A stretch of DNA of 64,000 nucleotides. Source: Thermodesulfobacteriota bacterium. GTDB lineage: Bacteria; Desulfobacterota; Binatia; UTPRO1. Below the pieces are notes generated by a model that ran no database searches, was not told where the DNA came from, and saw nothing but the letters and a program-made list of their open reading frames with translations. Location: contig DAIQBH010000004.1 in assembly GCA_036781285.1 (NCBI GenBank), positions 5,921-69,920 of the forward strand, read 5' to 3'. This document shows, in pieces, positions 1 through 9,474 of this stretch. A program made the translations under genes and the position numbers. How positions within the stretch are numbered: position 1 is the stretch's first letter; every line of letters starts with the position of its first letter.

Positions 1-1613
1 CGACCGTACGCGCCATGAACTGGCCGCGGAGGCCGAACGAGTTCCGACCCGAGAAGCCGTCGATGCTGGCCGCGAGGGATTCGACGGCCCGCCCGAGGCT
101 CTCGCGCGAGTGGTGGCGGCTGCCACGGGTCAGGAGCCCCGCGATGAAGTTGTTGATCCCGTTGGTCTCGGGCCGTTCCAGCAGCAACCCGCCGAGCGTC
201 ACGGCGCGGAGCGCGACGAGCGGGGTCGCGTGATGCTCCTTCACGACCAGGCGGACGCCGTTCCCGAGGAGTCGCGTGTGCACGGCGGGCTTCCGCGCGG
301 CGCGCGCCCGTCCGGCGGGACGGACGACGGGCGGGATCGCCGCGAGCGGCTCGGTGAGCGCCTCGGCTTTCGGAAGCTGCTTCGCCGCGTCCGGGCCGAC
401 GAGCACGGCGATCATGTTTTCGGGGCGGAAGTAGGTCGCGGCGACGCGTTGCACGTCTTCGCGCGTCGCGGCCGCGAGCTCGGTGAGATAGCGCGATTCG
501 TAGCTCGGATCCTCGAACACGCATTGCGAGTAGCCGAGGAGGCGCGCCTGCCCCTGCATCGTCTCCTTCCGGTAGACGAACTCGCTTTCGAGGTTGCTGC
601 GGGCCCGCGCGAGCTCCGCGCGGGTCACGAGCTCGGTGCGCGTGCGGGCGACCGCCGCCAGCAGCTCGCGCGTCGCGGCGCCGATCTTGGCGCGCTCGAG
701 CGAGGCGAGGAAGACGAAGATGCCGGGATCCTGCGGCGTATACGCGAACGCGGAGACCGAGTTGACGAGCTCCTTCTGCGCCTCGAGCAACGAGACCAGG
801 CGCGTGCTCTCGCCGCCGGCCAGGATGTAGGACAGCAGGTCGAGCGGCACCGCGTCGGGATCGTGGCCGGAAGGCACGCGAAACCCGAGGAGCAGATGGT
901 GCTCCTGGACCGGCATGGTGATCGCCGTCCGCACGAGCCCGCGCTGCGGCGGCTCGGCGGGCCGTTGTCGCACCGGCAGCGCCGCCCCTTCCCAGTCGCC
1001 GAACGCCTTTTCCACCTGCTCGCGCACGAGCGCGGGGCTGGCGTCGCCGACGACGACCAGCACGACGTTGTTCGGCACGTACCAGCGGTGGAAGAAGGAG
1101 AGGACCTTCTTTCGATCGAGCGCCTCGATCGTCTTCTTCCAACCGATGACGGGACGGCCGTAGGGGTGCACGGTGAACCCGCGGCGGAAGAGCTCCGTGT
1201 AGCCGCGCGAGACCGGCATGTCCTCGGAGCGCTTCCATTCCTCCATGACGACCTTGAGCTCGCGCGCGAGCTCGTCGGCGTCGAAGGTCGAGTGGCGAAG
1301 CGCGTCGGCGAGGATGTCGAGGCCCGTCGCGAAGTGCCGGCCCGCGAGGACGAGATGGTAGACGGTGTGATCCGCGGTCGTGAACGCGTTGATGTGGCCG
1401 CCCGACGACTCGACCTCCGCGGCGATCTGTCCGACCCCGCGGCGCGCCGTACCCTTGAAGAGCATGTGCTCGTGCACGTGCGCGACGCCCGCTTCCGGAT
1501 CCTCCTCGTCGGCGGCGCCGACCTTCACCCACGCCTGGAGTGCTACGACCGACGCGAAATGATCTTCGCGGACGATGACATGGAGACCGTTCGGGAGCGT
1601 GAAACTTTCGCAC
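1..1613 (-). CDS. M16-family zinc metallopeptidase (insulinase/PqqL-like, two-domain), truncated at the left window edge; the 3' end and stop are outside the window
   Basis: My own reverse-strand translation gives VRKFTLPNGLHVIV...AHVHEHMLFKGT, which contains the HxxEH inverted zinc motif. A second M16 domain (RLLGNGVRLVVKEHHATP) follows. The gene is absent from the ORF track because it is open-ended, and the + ORF 110..1684 is antisense junk. Confidence 0.8.
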   Translation of the reverse strand, partial: MRKFHAPERSPCHRPRRSFRVGRSTPGVGEGRRRRRGGSGSGRRARARAHALQGYGAPRGRTDRRGGRVVGRPHQRVHDRGSHRLPSRPRGPALRDGPRHPRRRASPLDLRRRRARARAQGRHGGMEALRGHAGLARLHGALPPRVHRAPLRPSRHRLEEDDRGARSKEGPLLLPPLVRAEQRRAGRRRRRQPRARARAGGKGVRRLGRGGAAGATTARRAAAARARADGDHHAGPGAPSAPRVSRAFRPRSRRGAARPAVLHPGRRREHAPGLVARGAEGARQLGLRVRVYAAGSRHLRLPRLARARQDRRRDARAAGGGRPHAHRARDPRGARAGPQQPRKRVRLPEGDDAGAGAPPRLLAMRVRGSELRIALSHRARGRDARRRATRRRDLLPPRKHDRRARRPGRGEAASESRGAHRAARGDPARRPSRRTGARRAEARRAHATPRERRPPGREGASRDPARRAPRRDARRVAAGTARDQRDQQLHRGAPDPWQPPPLAREPRAGRRIPRGQHRRLLGSELVRPPRPVHGAYG

Positions 1614-1680
1614 CCGCTACCGACGCCGCCGAGATGCGGTGGCGTCCCCTTGACCTCACCTCGCGAGCGCACGGATTTTC

Positions 1681-1708
1681 TTGACTCCCTCTCGATTTCG
1701 TTTAAGGT
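1681..1708 (+). promoter_or_regulatory. Candidate sigma70 promoter for rpsU (TTGACT-N16-TAAGGT)
   Basis: TTGACT lies at 1681-1686 and a -10-like TAAGGT at about 1703-1708, roughly 100 nt upstream of the rpsU ATG. Confidence 0.3.
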
Positions 1709-1809
1709 GCCCGGCTTCCCTGAACGCAACACCGGGGGCCGTCGTTCCATCCACAACGTCTGCGAATGGAAACCACTCCACGTCGTTCCGGAGGGGGGTG
1801 AAATATTGC

Positions 1810-2019
1810 ATGCCCGGAGTAAGGGTCAAGGATAACGAGCCGATCGAGAGCGCCATTCGGCGCTTCAAGAAGCAATGTGAGAAGGCCGGAATCCTCGCCG
1901 AGCTGCGGAAGCGTGAGCACTACGAGAAGCCGAGCGTGAAGAAAAAGAAGAAGGCGCTGGCGGCGAAGAAGCGCGCGCTTCGAAGAGCGAGTCGCACCAA
2001 ACACGACAGCGCGCAGTGA
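1810..2019 (+). CDS. rpsU: 30S ribosomal protein S21
   Basis: [47 protein letters not shown]... matches the S21 consensus. The ATG is at 1810, and the track ORF 1681..2019 carries a spurious N-terminal extension. Confidence 0.9.
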   Translation: MPGVRVKDNEPIESAIRRFKKQCEKAGILAELRKREHYEKPSVKKKKKALAAKKRALRRASRTKHDSAQ

Positions 2020-2028
2020 GGATCACAC

Positions 2029-2068
2029 GGCGGAAGCCGCGCACGAGCGCGCTTCCGCCGTTTGCTTT
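2029..2068 (+). terminator. Rho-independent terminator after rpsU
   Basis: GGCGGAAGC (2029-2037) pairs with GCTTCCGCC (2051-2059) around a 13-nt loop, followed by GTTTGCTTT. Confidence 0.5.
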
Positions 2069-2175
2069 CAGCGGCGTCGCGCGGCGATGTCGAAGGTTCA
2101 GCGGTTCGGGTCTGTGGAAACGGGGGGCGGGGAGGCGACGGAGGCGGGTGACGGAGTAGAGCGAGGGTTCCGGTA

Positions 2176-2688
2176 GTGAATCGGATCGACGTGGTCCTCG
2201 CGGTAGTCTTGGCGCTCTTCGCGCTGCGCGGATTTCAGCGCGGCTTCTCGCGCGAGATCTTCGCGTTGATCGGGCTCGTGGGCGGCGTCGCGGTCGCCGG
2301 CGCGATGTACGCGGACGCGGCGACGCAGCTGCCCCCCGAAGTGCCCGACATCGCACGTCCCGCGATCGCGTTTCTCGCGATCTTTCTCGGGGTGGCGCTC
2401 GCCGCGAAGCTCCTCGGGATGCTCGTGCACCGGTTGCTCGGGCTCGTGCTGCTGTCGCCGCTCGATCGCGTCGGCGGCGTGATCTTCGGCGCGGCGAAGG
2501 GCGTTGCCCTGCTCACGCTCGGCGTGATCGTCGTCCGCGCGCTCACGCCGGCGAACGCGCTCGAGCGCGCGGCGGCGGACTCGGTGCTGTTGCGGCCGAT
2601 CCTCCAGCTCACCGACGACGGCCGCGCGGCGGCGGCCGCGCGGACGCTGCCCGATCCGCTCCCATCGCCGTCGGCGGCGGGAGGCTGA
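2176..2688 (+). CDS. cvpA: CvpA-family membrane protein (colicin V production protein-like)
   Basis: MNRIDVVLAVVLALFALRGFQRGFSREIFALIGLVGG... is a typical CvpA N-terminus with several TM segments. It uses a GTG start. Confidence 0.75.
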   Translation: MNRIDVVLAVVLALFALRGFQRGFSREIFALIGLVGGVAVAGAMYADAATQLPPEVPDIARPAIAFLAIFLGVALAAKLLGMLVHRLLGLVLLSPLDRVGGVIFGAAKGVALLTLGVIVVRALTPANALERAAADSVLLRPILQLTDDGRAAAAARTLPDPLPSPSAAGG

Positions 2689-2690
2689 CG

Positions 2691-4568
2691 GTGCGCGGCC
2701 ACATCCCGGAGTCGATCCTCGCCGAGATCCGCGATCGCGCGAACATCGTCGAGGTCGTGGGCGCGCACGTCGGCTTGAAGCGCGTCGGCCGGAATCACGT
2801 CGGGCTCTGCCCCTTCCACGCCGAAAAGTCCCCATCGTTCAACGTGAACGACGAGCGTGGCATTTTCCACTGCTTCGGTTGCGGTGTCGGCGGCAACGTC
2901 TTCACGTTCCTCATGCGGATGGAGAATCTGCCGTTTCCGGAAGTCGTCGAGCGCCTCGCGCGGCGCTACGGCATCGCGCTCCCCGAGCGCGGCGACGATG
3001 ATCCCGCGATCCGTCGGCGGGAGGCGCTCTTCCGTCTGAACGACAAGGCGGCGAAGTTCTTCCAGCGCTATCTGTGGGACGCGGCCGAGGCCGAAGCCGG
3101 CCGCCAGTATCTCGCCGAGCGCGGCATCTCGCGCGCGACGGCCGATCACTTCCTGCTCGGGTACGCGCCGGGCGGCGGCGACGTGCTCGCGCGGCGGCTC
3201 AAGGACGCCGCGGGCAGTGATCCCGAGCTCGGCGCGGCGGGCCGACCGCTCGTCCTCGCCGAGCAGCTCGGGCTCGTGAGCGCGCGGAAGCAGGGGGGGC
3301 AAGCGCAAAGCGCGTCTGGAAGAACCCACTACGACCGCTTCCGCGCCCGCCTCATGTTCCCCATCACGGATTCGGCCGGTCGCGTCGTCGGATTCGGCAG
3401 CCGGAGCATCCCCGGCACGGCGAGCGCCGACGCCAAGCTGCCGAAATACCTGAACTCGCCGGAGACCCCTCTCTATAGAAAGGGATCTCATTTGTATGGC
3501 CTCGCCTGGGCCCGCGACGCGATTCGCAAGAGCGGACGGGCAGTTGTCGTCGAAGGCTACTTCGACGTGCTGGCCCTCGCGGAGGCGGGGATCGGCCACG
3601 CGGTCGCGTCGCTCGGAACGGCGCTCACCCTCGATCAGCTCCACCTGCTCCGCCGGTTCACCCGCGACATCGTCGTCTGCTTCGACGGCGACGAGGCCGG
3701 CGCGCGCGCGGCCGAGAAGAGTCTCGCGACCTTTCTCGAGGCGGGCTTGTGGGGGCACGGCGCGTTCCTGCCGCCGGGAGACGATCCCGACACGTTCGTG
3801 CAGCGTGAAGGGCAGGAGAAGGCGCTCGCGCTGATCGCGTCGGCGACGCCGCTGCTCGATTTCTATCTCGATCGCGCGGTGCGACCCGAGAGCACGGTCG
3901 CGGAACGCGGTGCCGTCGCGCAGCAGGTCGCCACGTGGCTCCGCAAGATCGCGGAGCCGTTCGAGTACGACATGACCGTGCGTCACGCGGCGGAGCGTTT
4001 GCGAGTGCCCGAGGAGTCGCTGCGTCGGCACGCGCAACCGGCCGCGACACCGAGCGCAGCGCCCTCGTCTCCTCAGGTCAGGCCCGCGCGTGAGCCGACA
4101 CGGACCGCGCGGCCGAGCGGACGATCGTTCCAAGCCGCGAGCGCGGAAGAGCTGCTCGTGGCACTGATGCTGCATGACGCGGACGTCATCGCGGCCGTCG
4201 ACCAAGCGGGCGTGATCGAGGATTTCGACGACGGACCGTGGCGCGCGCTCGCGATCGATCTCCTCGCGGCGGCGCGCGAGGGCGCGCGGCTCGACGCCGC
4301 GACCGTGCTCGGCCGTCTCGACGACGCGAGCGCCGCGCGCATGACCGCGCGATTGCTCGACGCGAACGACGACGAAGCGACGCGACGACAAATTGTCGTT
4401 GACTGCTTCTCGAAGCTTCGTCATCGTGCGCGCGAGCGGGAGCGATTGCGCGTGCTGCGGCAGATTCGAGAAGCGGAAGCACGAGGCAACCTCGAAGCAG
4501 TGGCGGAGGGGCAGCGTCAGTTGCAGGAGCTTCGTCAGAGCGAAACCAGCGAACGACTCGAGGGGTAG
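2691..4568 (+). CDS. dnaG: DNA primase
   Basis: The CHC2 zinc finger (GLCPFHAEKSPSFNV...FHCFGCGVGGNVFTF) and a TOPRIM region are present. The GTG start overlaps the cvpA stop. Confidence 0.95.
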   Translation: MRGHIPESILAEIRDRANIVEVVGAHVGLKRVGRNHVGLCPFHAEKSPSFNVNDERGIFHCFGCGVGGNVFTFLMRMENLPFPEVVERLARRYGIALPERGDDDPAIRRREALFRLNDKAAKFFQRYLWDAAEAEAGRQYLAERGISRATADHFLLGYAPGGGDVLARRLKDAAGSDPELGAAGRPLVLAEQLGLVSARKQGGQAQSASGRTHYDRFRARLMFPITDSAGRVVGFGSRSIPGTASADAKLPKYLNSPETPLYRKGSHLYGLAWARDAIRKSGRAVVVEGYFDVLALAEAGIGHAVASLGTALTLDQLHLLRRFTRDIVVCFDGDEAGARAAEKSLATFLEAGLWGHGAFLPPGDDPDTFVQREGQEKALALIASATPLLDFYLDRAVRPESTVAERGAVAQQVATWLRKIAEPFEYDMTVRHAAERLRVPEESLRRHAQPAATPSAAPSSPQVRPAREPTRTARPSGRSFQAASAEELLVALMLHDADVIAAVDQAGVIEDFDDGPWRALAIDLLAAAREGARLDAATVLGRLDDASAARMTARLLDANDDEATRRQIVVDCFSKLRHRARERERLRVLRQIREAEARGNLEAVAEGQRQLQELRQSETSERLEG

Positions 4569-4571
4569 GTC

Positions 4572-6356
4572 GTGGAGATTCGCGCGCTGAAGGAAGTGCA
4601 GCAGATCATCCAGCTCGGAAAATCCAAAGGCTCGCTCACCATCGACGAAGTGAACGCGCTGCTCCCCGCCGAGTCGATGAGCGCCGCCGAGATGGAAGCC
4701 GTCGTGACGTTGCTCGGCTCGCTCGACATCGGTCTCGTGGATGATGCGGCGCCGCTCGACGGCAGCGCGAGCGAGGGCGGTGACGCGTCGGACGGCGCGG
4801 GCCTCGTCGCGGACGACGGTGGCGGCGAGCTCGACGAAGAGCCGCTCGCGGTCGATACGCGCACGGCGGTCGCGGTCGAGCGGGCGACGCGGTCGTCGGC
4901 GGGCGCGCTGCCCGCGGACCCCGTTCGCTACTATTTCTCCGAGATGAGCCGCATCCCGCTCCTCGGGCGGGAGGGCGAGGTCGAGCTCGCGCGCCGCATC
5001 GAGGAAGCGAGCGCCGTGGTGCGGAACGAGGCGTTCGCGTCTCCGCTCGCGGCCGCGTACGTGCTCGATCTCGCGTCGCGCCTCGATGCCGGCGACATCG
5101 AGCTCGACGCCGTGCTCGACGACGGCGACGACGATCCGGCGGACGAGGCGGCCGCGCTCGAACGAGCGGCGCGCTTCCATCGCGGGGTCGCTCGCATCCG
5201 GCGGATGGTGGGCGGGCCGGCGCGCGCGCGGGATGCCGCGCACGAGCGGGTCGTGACGATCGAGTCGCTCGGTCTCGGCCGTCGCCATTTCGCCGCGATC
5301 GTCGGCTCGATTCGCTCCGCCGCCGCCGCCGCGGTTCGTTGCCAAGGAGCGCTCCGGCGCTGGGAGGATCGCTACGGCGTGACGGCGCGCGAGCTCGTGC
5401 GGCTCGCCGAAGCGTGCGATCCGGTGCGCCCGGCACGTCGCCGCACCCCGAGCGCGCGCGACGGCGAGCGTTTCTTCGCGCGCCACCGCGTCTCGCCCGC
5501 CGACGCCGTCGCGCTCGGCGCCGAGGTGCGCGCGACGCTGGTCGAGCTGCGGACGGTGGAGCGGAGCGCGCAGGTCTCCGCCGCGGACCTCGCGCGCTCG
5601 GTCGCCGTCATCCGCGACGGCGACCAGCGCGCCGAACAAGCGAAGACGCAGCTCATCGAGGCGAACCTTCGCCTCGTCGTGAGCTTGGCCAAGCGTTACA
5701 TGCGGCGGGGCCTGCCGTTTCTCGATCTGATCCAAGAAGGCAACATCGGGCTCATGCGCGCGGTCGAGAAGTTCGACTACCGCCGTGGCTACCGGTTTTC
5801 GACCTACGCGACCTGGTGGATCCGCCAGGCGATCAATCGCGCCATCGCCGACCAGGCCCGCACGATTCGCGTGCCCGTGCACATGGTCGAGGCGATGAAC
5901 CGGGTGATGCGGGGACATCGGTTGTTCGTGCAGGAGACGGGGCGCGAGCCGACCGAGGCCGAGCTCGCCACCCGCCTTGCGCTGCCGCTCGATCGGGTGC
6001 AGCGCGTCGTCCGCATCGTCCAGGAGCCGATCTCCCTCGAAACGCCGATCGGCGACGACGGCGACGGCCTCCTCGGCGACCTCGTCGCCGATCAGCGCGC
6101 CGTGAATCCGAGCGACGCCGTCGCGTCGTCGCATTTGCGGACCCAGACCGCGCGCATGCTCTCGACCCTGTCCGCGCGGGAAGAGCGCGTGCTCCGGATG
6201 CGCTTCGGCATCGGCGAGGCGATGGACTACACCTTGGAAGAGGTCGGGCAACGGCTCGCGGTCACCCGCGAGCGCATTCGCCAGATCGAGGCCAAGGCGA
6301 TCCGCAAGCTCCGGCACCCCGTCCGCAGCAAGCATTTGCGCGATTTCGACGAGTAG
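4572..6356 (+). CDS. rpoD: RNA polymerase sigma factor RpoD (sigma70)
   Basis: Regions 1.1 to 4 are present ([37 protein letters not shown]... and the C-terminal HTH). Confidence 0.95.
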   Translation: MEIRALKEVQQIIQLGKSKGSLTIDEVNALLPAESMSAAEMEAVVTLLGSLDIGLVDDAAPLDGSASEGGDASDGAGLVADDGGGELDEEPLAVDTRTAVAVERATRSSAGALPADPVRYYFSEMSRIPLLGREGEVELARRIEEASAVVRNEAFASPLAAAYVLDLASRLDAGDIELDAVLDDGDDDPADEAAALERAARFHRGVARIRRMVGGPARARDAAHERVVTIESLGLGRRHFAAIVGSIRSAAAAAVRCQGALRRWEDRYGVTARELVRLAEACDPVRPARRRTPSARDGERFFARHRVSPADAVALGAEVRATLVELRTVERSAQVSAADLARSVAVIRDGDQRAEQAKTQLIEANLRLVVSLAKRYMRRGLPFLDLIQEGNIGLMRAVEKFDYRRGYRFSTYATWWIRQAINRAIADQARTIRVPVHMVEAMNRVMRGHRLFVQETGREPTEAELATRLALPLDRVQRVVRIVQEPISLETPIGDDGDGLLGDLVADQRAVNPSDAVASSHLRTQTARMLSTLSAREERVLRMRFGIGEAMDYTLEEVGQRLAVTRERIRQIEAKAIRKLRHPVRSKHLRDFDE

Positions 6357-6460
6357 GCCGGGTCGCCTGCGAAAATGGCGCGGACGTTTTGACGGACCCG
6401 CCGACCTGCGCTATGCGAGCACGGTTGCGTGCCGAGGATGCAAGCCACTGGGCACCGTCG

Positions 6461-6534
6461 GGGCCTATAGCTCAGCTGGTTAGAGCGACCGGCTCATAAC
6501 CGGTTGGTCCCAGGTTCGAGTCCTGGTGGGCCCA
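6461..6534 (+). tRNA. tRNA with a CAU anticodon, either elongator tRNA-Met or, more likely, tRNA-Ile2 (lysidine)
   Basis: I folded it by hand as a 74-nt cloverleaf with acceptor GGGCCTA/TGGGCCC, anticodon loop CTCATAA and discriminator A. The C4-G69 and C5-G68 pairs are TilS determinants, and it sits just downstream of rpoD like ileX in E. coli. It is not an initiator (no 3xGC anticodon stem). Confidence 0.85.
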
Positions 6535-6560
6535 TTCTGCACGGTGTGCGAGGAGAGCGA

Positions 6561-7286
6561 TTGGGAAATCAGATCGAGTTACTGGTCAGCCTGCAAACCA
6601 TCGATCTGCAGCTTCGTGAGCGGACCGACGCGATCGACTCTCTTCGGCGCGAGCTCGCCGAGCTGGACACCGCGCTGGCCGCACAGCGCGAGGTCCTCGA
6701 AGCGGTTCGTGCCGAACGCGCGGCGCTCGAGAGCCAGCGTCGCGACATCGAAGGCATCCTCGCCGACGAGGAGGCGAAGATGAAGGACCGCCGGATGCGC
6801 TTGAACCGCATTCGCAACGAGAAGGAAGCCTCGGCGGTCCGGCGCGAGATCGAGGTCGCGAAGGAGGGCACCGCCCTCCAGGAAGAAACCCTGATGGGGA
6901 TCTTCGAGCAGCTCGACGGCGTGAAAGCGCGTGAAGCCGAGCTCGGCGCGGCGTTCGAGGCCCTCGAAACCAAGCGCGCCAGCGAGAAGGAGCGTACCGA
7001 TCTCGAGATCGACGAGCTCTCGAACGGTCTCGACGAGTCGCGGACCCGGCGCGAGAGGCTGGCCGCCGAGCTCGAAGCGCCGCTGCGCCGTCAGTACGAG
7101 ACCATCCTCTCCCGCAAAAAGGGGCAGGCCGTGGTCGAGATCCGCGGCGGCACCTGCGAGGGCTGCCACATGCGTGTGGCCCCGCAGCTCGCGAACGAGA
7201 TCCACCGCAACACGCGGGTGATCCAATGTCCGAGCTGTCACCGCATCCTCTACGTGCGGCCGCCGGAAGCCGGCGCGTCGGCGTAG
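6561..7286 (+). CDS. COG1579-type coiled-coil protein with a C-terminal C4 zinc ribbon
   Basis: A long coiled coil is followed by CEGCHMRV...CPSCHRILY. The TTG start at 6561 is preceded by AGGAG. The track ORF begins inside the tRNA, so the start is trimmed. Confidence 0.7.
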   Translation: MGNQIELLVSLQTIDLQLRERTDAIDSLRRELAELDTALAAQREVLEAVRAERAALESQRRDIEGILADEEAKMKDRRMRLNRIRNEKEASAVRREIEVAKEGTALQEETLMGIFEQLDGVKAREAELGAAFEALETKRASEKERTDLEIDELSNGLDESRTRRERLAAELEAPLRRQYETILSRKKGQAVVEIRGGTCEGCHMRVAPQLANEIHRNTRVIQCPSCHRILYVRPPEAGASA

Positions 7287-7347
7287 CCGCGATCGCCTTC
7301 CGCCGCGCTTGCGGTCGCGAGCGGCGCGAGGCACTCTCGCTCCTTCG

Positions 7348-7725
7348 AGAAGGTCGGACCGGACTGGACGGTCGCCGGACGGGCACGTCCCGTCGGGAGG
7401 AAAGTCCGGACTCCGCAGGGCAGGGTGGCCGTTAACGGCGGCGCGTCGCGAGACGGGGAAAGTGCCACAGAAATGAGACCGCCGGTGGCTTCGGCCGCCG
7501 GTAAGGGCGAACCGGTGAGGTAAGAGCTCACCAGATCCCGGGGAAACCCGGGATGCTAGGCAAACCCCACCCGGAGCAAGATCAAATAAGAGGGTTCGGC
7601 TGCCCGCCTCAGGCCCTCGGGTATGGTCGCTTGAGCCGTCCAGCAATGGCCGGCCTAGAGGAATGACCGTCGATTTCCCTCGGGAAATGCACAGGATCCG
7701 GCTTATAGGTCCGGTCCGACCGCTC
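7348..7725 (+). ncRNA. rnpB: RNase P RNA, bacterial type A
   Basis: Universal motifs are present: GGGAGGAAAGTCCGGACTCC, AGGGCAGGGTG, GTTAACGGC, ACAGAAATGAG, GGTAAGAGC, CACCCGGAGCAAG, CCTAGAGGAATGAC, ACAGGATCCGGCTTATAGG. The P1 helix pairs GGTCGGACCGGAC (7352-7364) with GTCCGGTCCGACC (7709-7721). Confidence 0.85.
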
Positions 7726-7771
7726 TCGATCTCCCGCCGAAAAAGAAAATCGCAGGCGCCATAGATTTTTC

Positions 7772-7800
7772 TTGACAGTTGCGAAGCCGTTCCCTAAAGA
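7772..7800 (+). promoter_or_regulatory. Pmra-like sigma70 promoter for the dcw cluster (TTGACA-N17-TAAAGA)
   Basis: TTGACA at 7772-7777, a 17-nt spacer, then TAAAGA at 7795-7800. Confidence 0.5.
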
Positions 7801-7810
7801 CGATCGCCGG

Positions 7811-7890
7811 GTGGGATGAAGTGGTGGTGAGTGGGGCTGGGTGCCACGCAGCAGTGAGTCGGATGAGCTAGGTGGGATGGTGTGGACCTC
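7811..7890 (+). promoter_or_regulatory. Candidate MraZ operator: phased GTGGG/GTGGT direct repeats
   Basis: GTGGG (7811), GTGGT (7821), GTGGG (7831) and GTGCC (7841) fall at exact 10-bp spacing just downstream of the -10. A further GTGGG at 7872 and GTGTGG at 7882 sit at the mraZ start. This resembles the TGGGN repeat operators that MraZ binds in E. coli and B. subtilis. Confidence 0.45.
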
Positions 7891-8331
7891 TGCGGGAACT
7901 TCGAGCACACGATCGATGGCAAAGGGCGCGTCAGCGTCCCAGCCAGCTTCCGCGACCAGCTCATCGACGATCTTCGGCTCGTCCTCACGCCGTTCACGGT
8001 CATGGGGCAGCGCTGCGTCGACATCTATCCATATTCGGAGTGGCAGAAGCTGCTCGCCAAGTTCGAAGCGTTGCCCAAGTTCGGAGCCAAGTCGTTGCGG
8101 TTCCAGATGGGCTACATCGGGCGATCGCATCGCACCGAAATCGATTCCGCGGGCCGCATTCTGCTGCCGCCGACACTCCGGCAGCATGCCGAGCTGAAGA
8201 AGGACGTGGTGGTGTCGGGACATTCGACGATGTTCCGACTGATGGATGAGGGGAACTACAGGAAGGTGATGGGTGAGCTGGATGCCGAGGCTGCCGAAGA
8301 TGACGGCATGTTCGAGGATCTGAATCTCTGA
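7882..8331 (+). CDS. mraZ: Transcriptional regulator MraZ
   Basis: Two MraZ/SpoVT-AbrB repeats are present (IDGKGRVSVP; DSAGRILLP). Confidence 0.9.
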   Translation: MDLCGNFEHTIDGKGRVSVPASFRDQLIDDLRLVLTPFTVMGQRCVDIYPYSEWQKLLAKFEALPKFGAKSLRFQMGYIGRSHRTEIDSAGRILLPPTLRQHAELKKDVVVSGHSTMFRLMDEGNYRKVMGELDAEAAEDDGMFEDLNL

Positions 8332-8444
8332 GCTCACTCGGACGACGTGGTGGAGCGGTGGGGTGGTGGAAAGAACGGGCGCGTCCGGAGTAGCGGACCG
8401 GGGGGTCGCCGGGCGCGCCCGATCTACTGACAAGGTGAACGTTC

Positions 8445-9455
8445 ATGTCGGAGTACCAGCTTCGGCCTTCTCCGGGTGGAAGTGGAGTGGATGCGGAGGC
8501 GGAGACGGGTCGACGACATGCGCCGGTGATGGTGGAGGAAGCGGTGCGCTTCCTCCACCTGAAACCGGGGGGCTTCTACGTTGACGGGACCTGCGGTGAC
8601 GGCGGCCATTCGGAGCGCATGCTCGAAGCCGACGCGTCGATCGCGGTTCTCGGCATCGACCGCGATCCGCAAACGCTCGCGCTGACCGCGCAGCGACTCG
8701 CTCGCTTCGGCGAGCGGTTCCGGACGCACCACGGCAACTTCAGCGAGCTCGGCGACGCGCTCGCCGCCGTCGCCCGCGAGGGCGCTGCCGTTGCACGTAC
8801 GGGCGCGGACGGCATCCTGCTCGACCTCGGCCTCTCTTCCCGCCAGCTCGACGATCCGGCCCGCGGATTCGGTTTTCGGGCCGGCGGACCGCTCGACATG
8901 CGCATGCACGGCGGCGTGGGCCCGTCGGCGGCGGATCTCATCGCGACGCTCGACGAGCGGGCCCTCGCGGACCTCTTCTGGCGCTACGGCGAGGAGTCCG
9001 CCTCGCGGCGCATCGCGCGGGCGATCGTCGCCGACCGGGTGGAGACGCCCTTCACGACGACGACCGCGCTTGCCGAGCTGGTGGCGCGGGTCGTCCGCAA
9101 GCGCGGCGGGACGCATCCCGCGACGCGCGTCTTCCAGGCGCTCCGCATCGCGGTCAATCGCGAGCTCGAGCATCTCGAGACCTTTCTCGCGCACGTGCTG
9201 GAGTGGCTGCTGCCCGCCGGGCGTCTCGTGGTGATCGCGTATCACTCGCTCGAGGACCGCATGGTCAAGCAGGCGATGCGCGGTTGGGGCACGGCGCATT
9301 GTACGTGCCCGCCGGCGCTTCCGCGCTGCGTCTGCGGCGCGCGCGCGCTGGTGAAGGTCCTCACGCGGAAGGCCGTCATGCCGACGGCCGAGGAAATCGA
9401 CGCCAATCGGCGCGCCCGCTCGGCGCGACTGCGAGCAATGGAGGTGCTCCTGTGA
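8445..9455 (+). CDS. rsmH: 16S rRNA m4C1402 methyltransferase RsmH (MraW)
   Basis: HAPVMVEEAV...GGFYVDGTCGDGGHS is a SAM methyltransferase signature. The true start may be an internal GTG about 15 codons downstream. Confidence 0.9.
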   Translation: MSEYQLRPSPGGSGVDAEAETGRRHAPVMVEEAVRFLHLKPGGFYVDGTCGDGGHSERMLEADASIAVLGIDRDPQTLALTAQRLARFGERFRTHHGNFSELGDALAAVAREGAAVARTGADGILLDLGLSSRQLDDPARGFGFRAGGPLDMRMHGGVGPSAADLIATLDERALADLFWRYGEESASRRIARAIVADRVETPFTTTTALAELVARVVRKRGGTHPATRVFQALRIAVNRELEHLETFLAHVLEWLLPAGRLVVIAYHSLEDRMVKQAMRGWGTAHCTCPPALPRCVCGARALVKVLTRKAVMPTAEEIDANRRARSARLRAMEVLL

Positions 9456-9474
9456 GCACCATGGAGGTGTCGGC

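Noticed and set aside
110-1684. A 524-aa + strand ORF covering the left end of the window
   Set aside because: It has Arg/Asp/Glu-rich antisense composition. The opposite strand translates cleanly into an M16 zinc peptidase with HxxEH, so I treat it as a GC-driven shadow ORF.
4141-4160. A sigma54-like TGGCAC-N5-CTGCA element
   Set aside because: It lies inside the dnaG coding sequence, and its -12 element is imperfect, so it is probably a chance match.
2235-6335. A 1366-aa minus-strand ORF opposite dnaG and rpoD
   Set aside because: It lies antisense to two unmistakable housekeeping genes and has low-complexity R/G/A-rich sequence.
7287-7347. A GC-rich segment between the COG1579 gene and rnpB that might be a terminator
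   Set aside because: It has only partial, imperfect dyad symmetry and no U-tract, so I left it unannotated.
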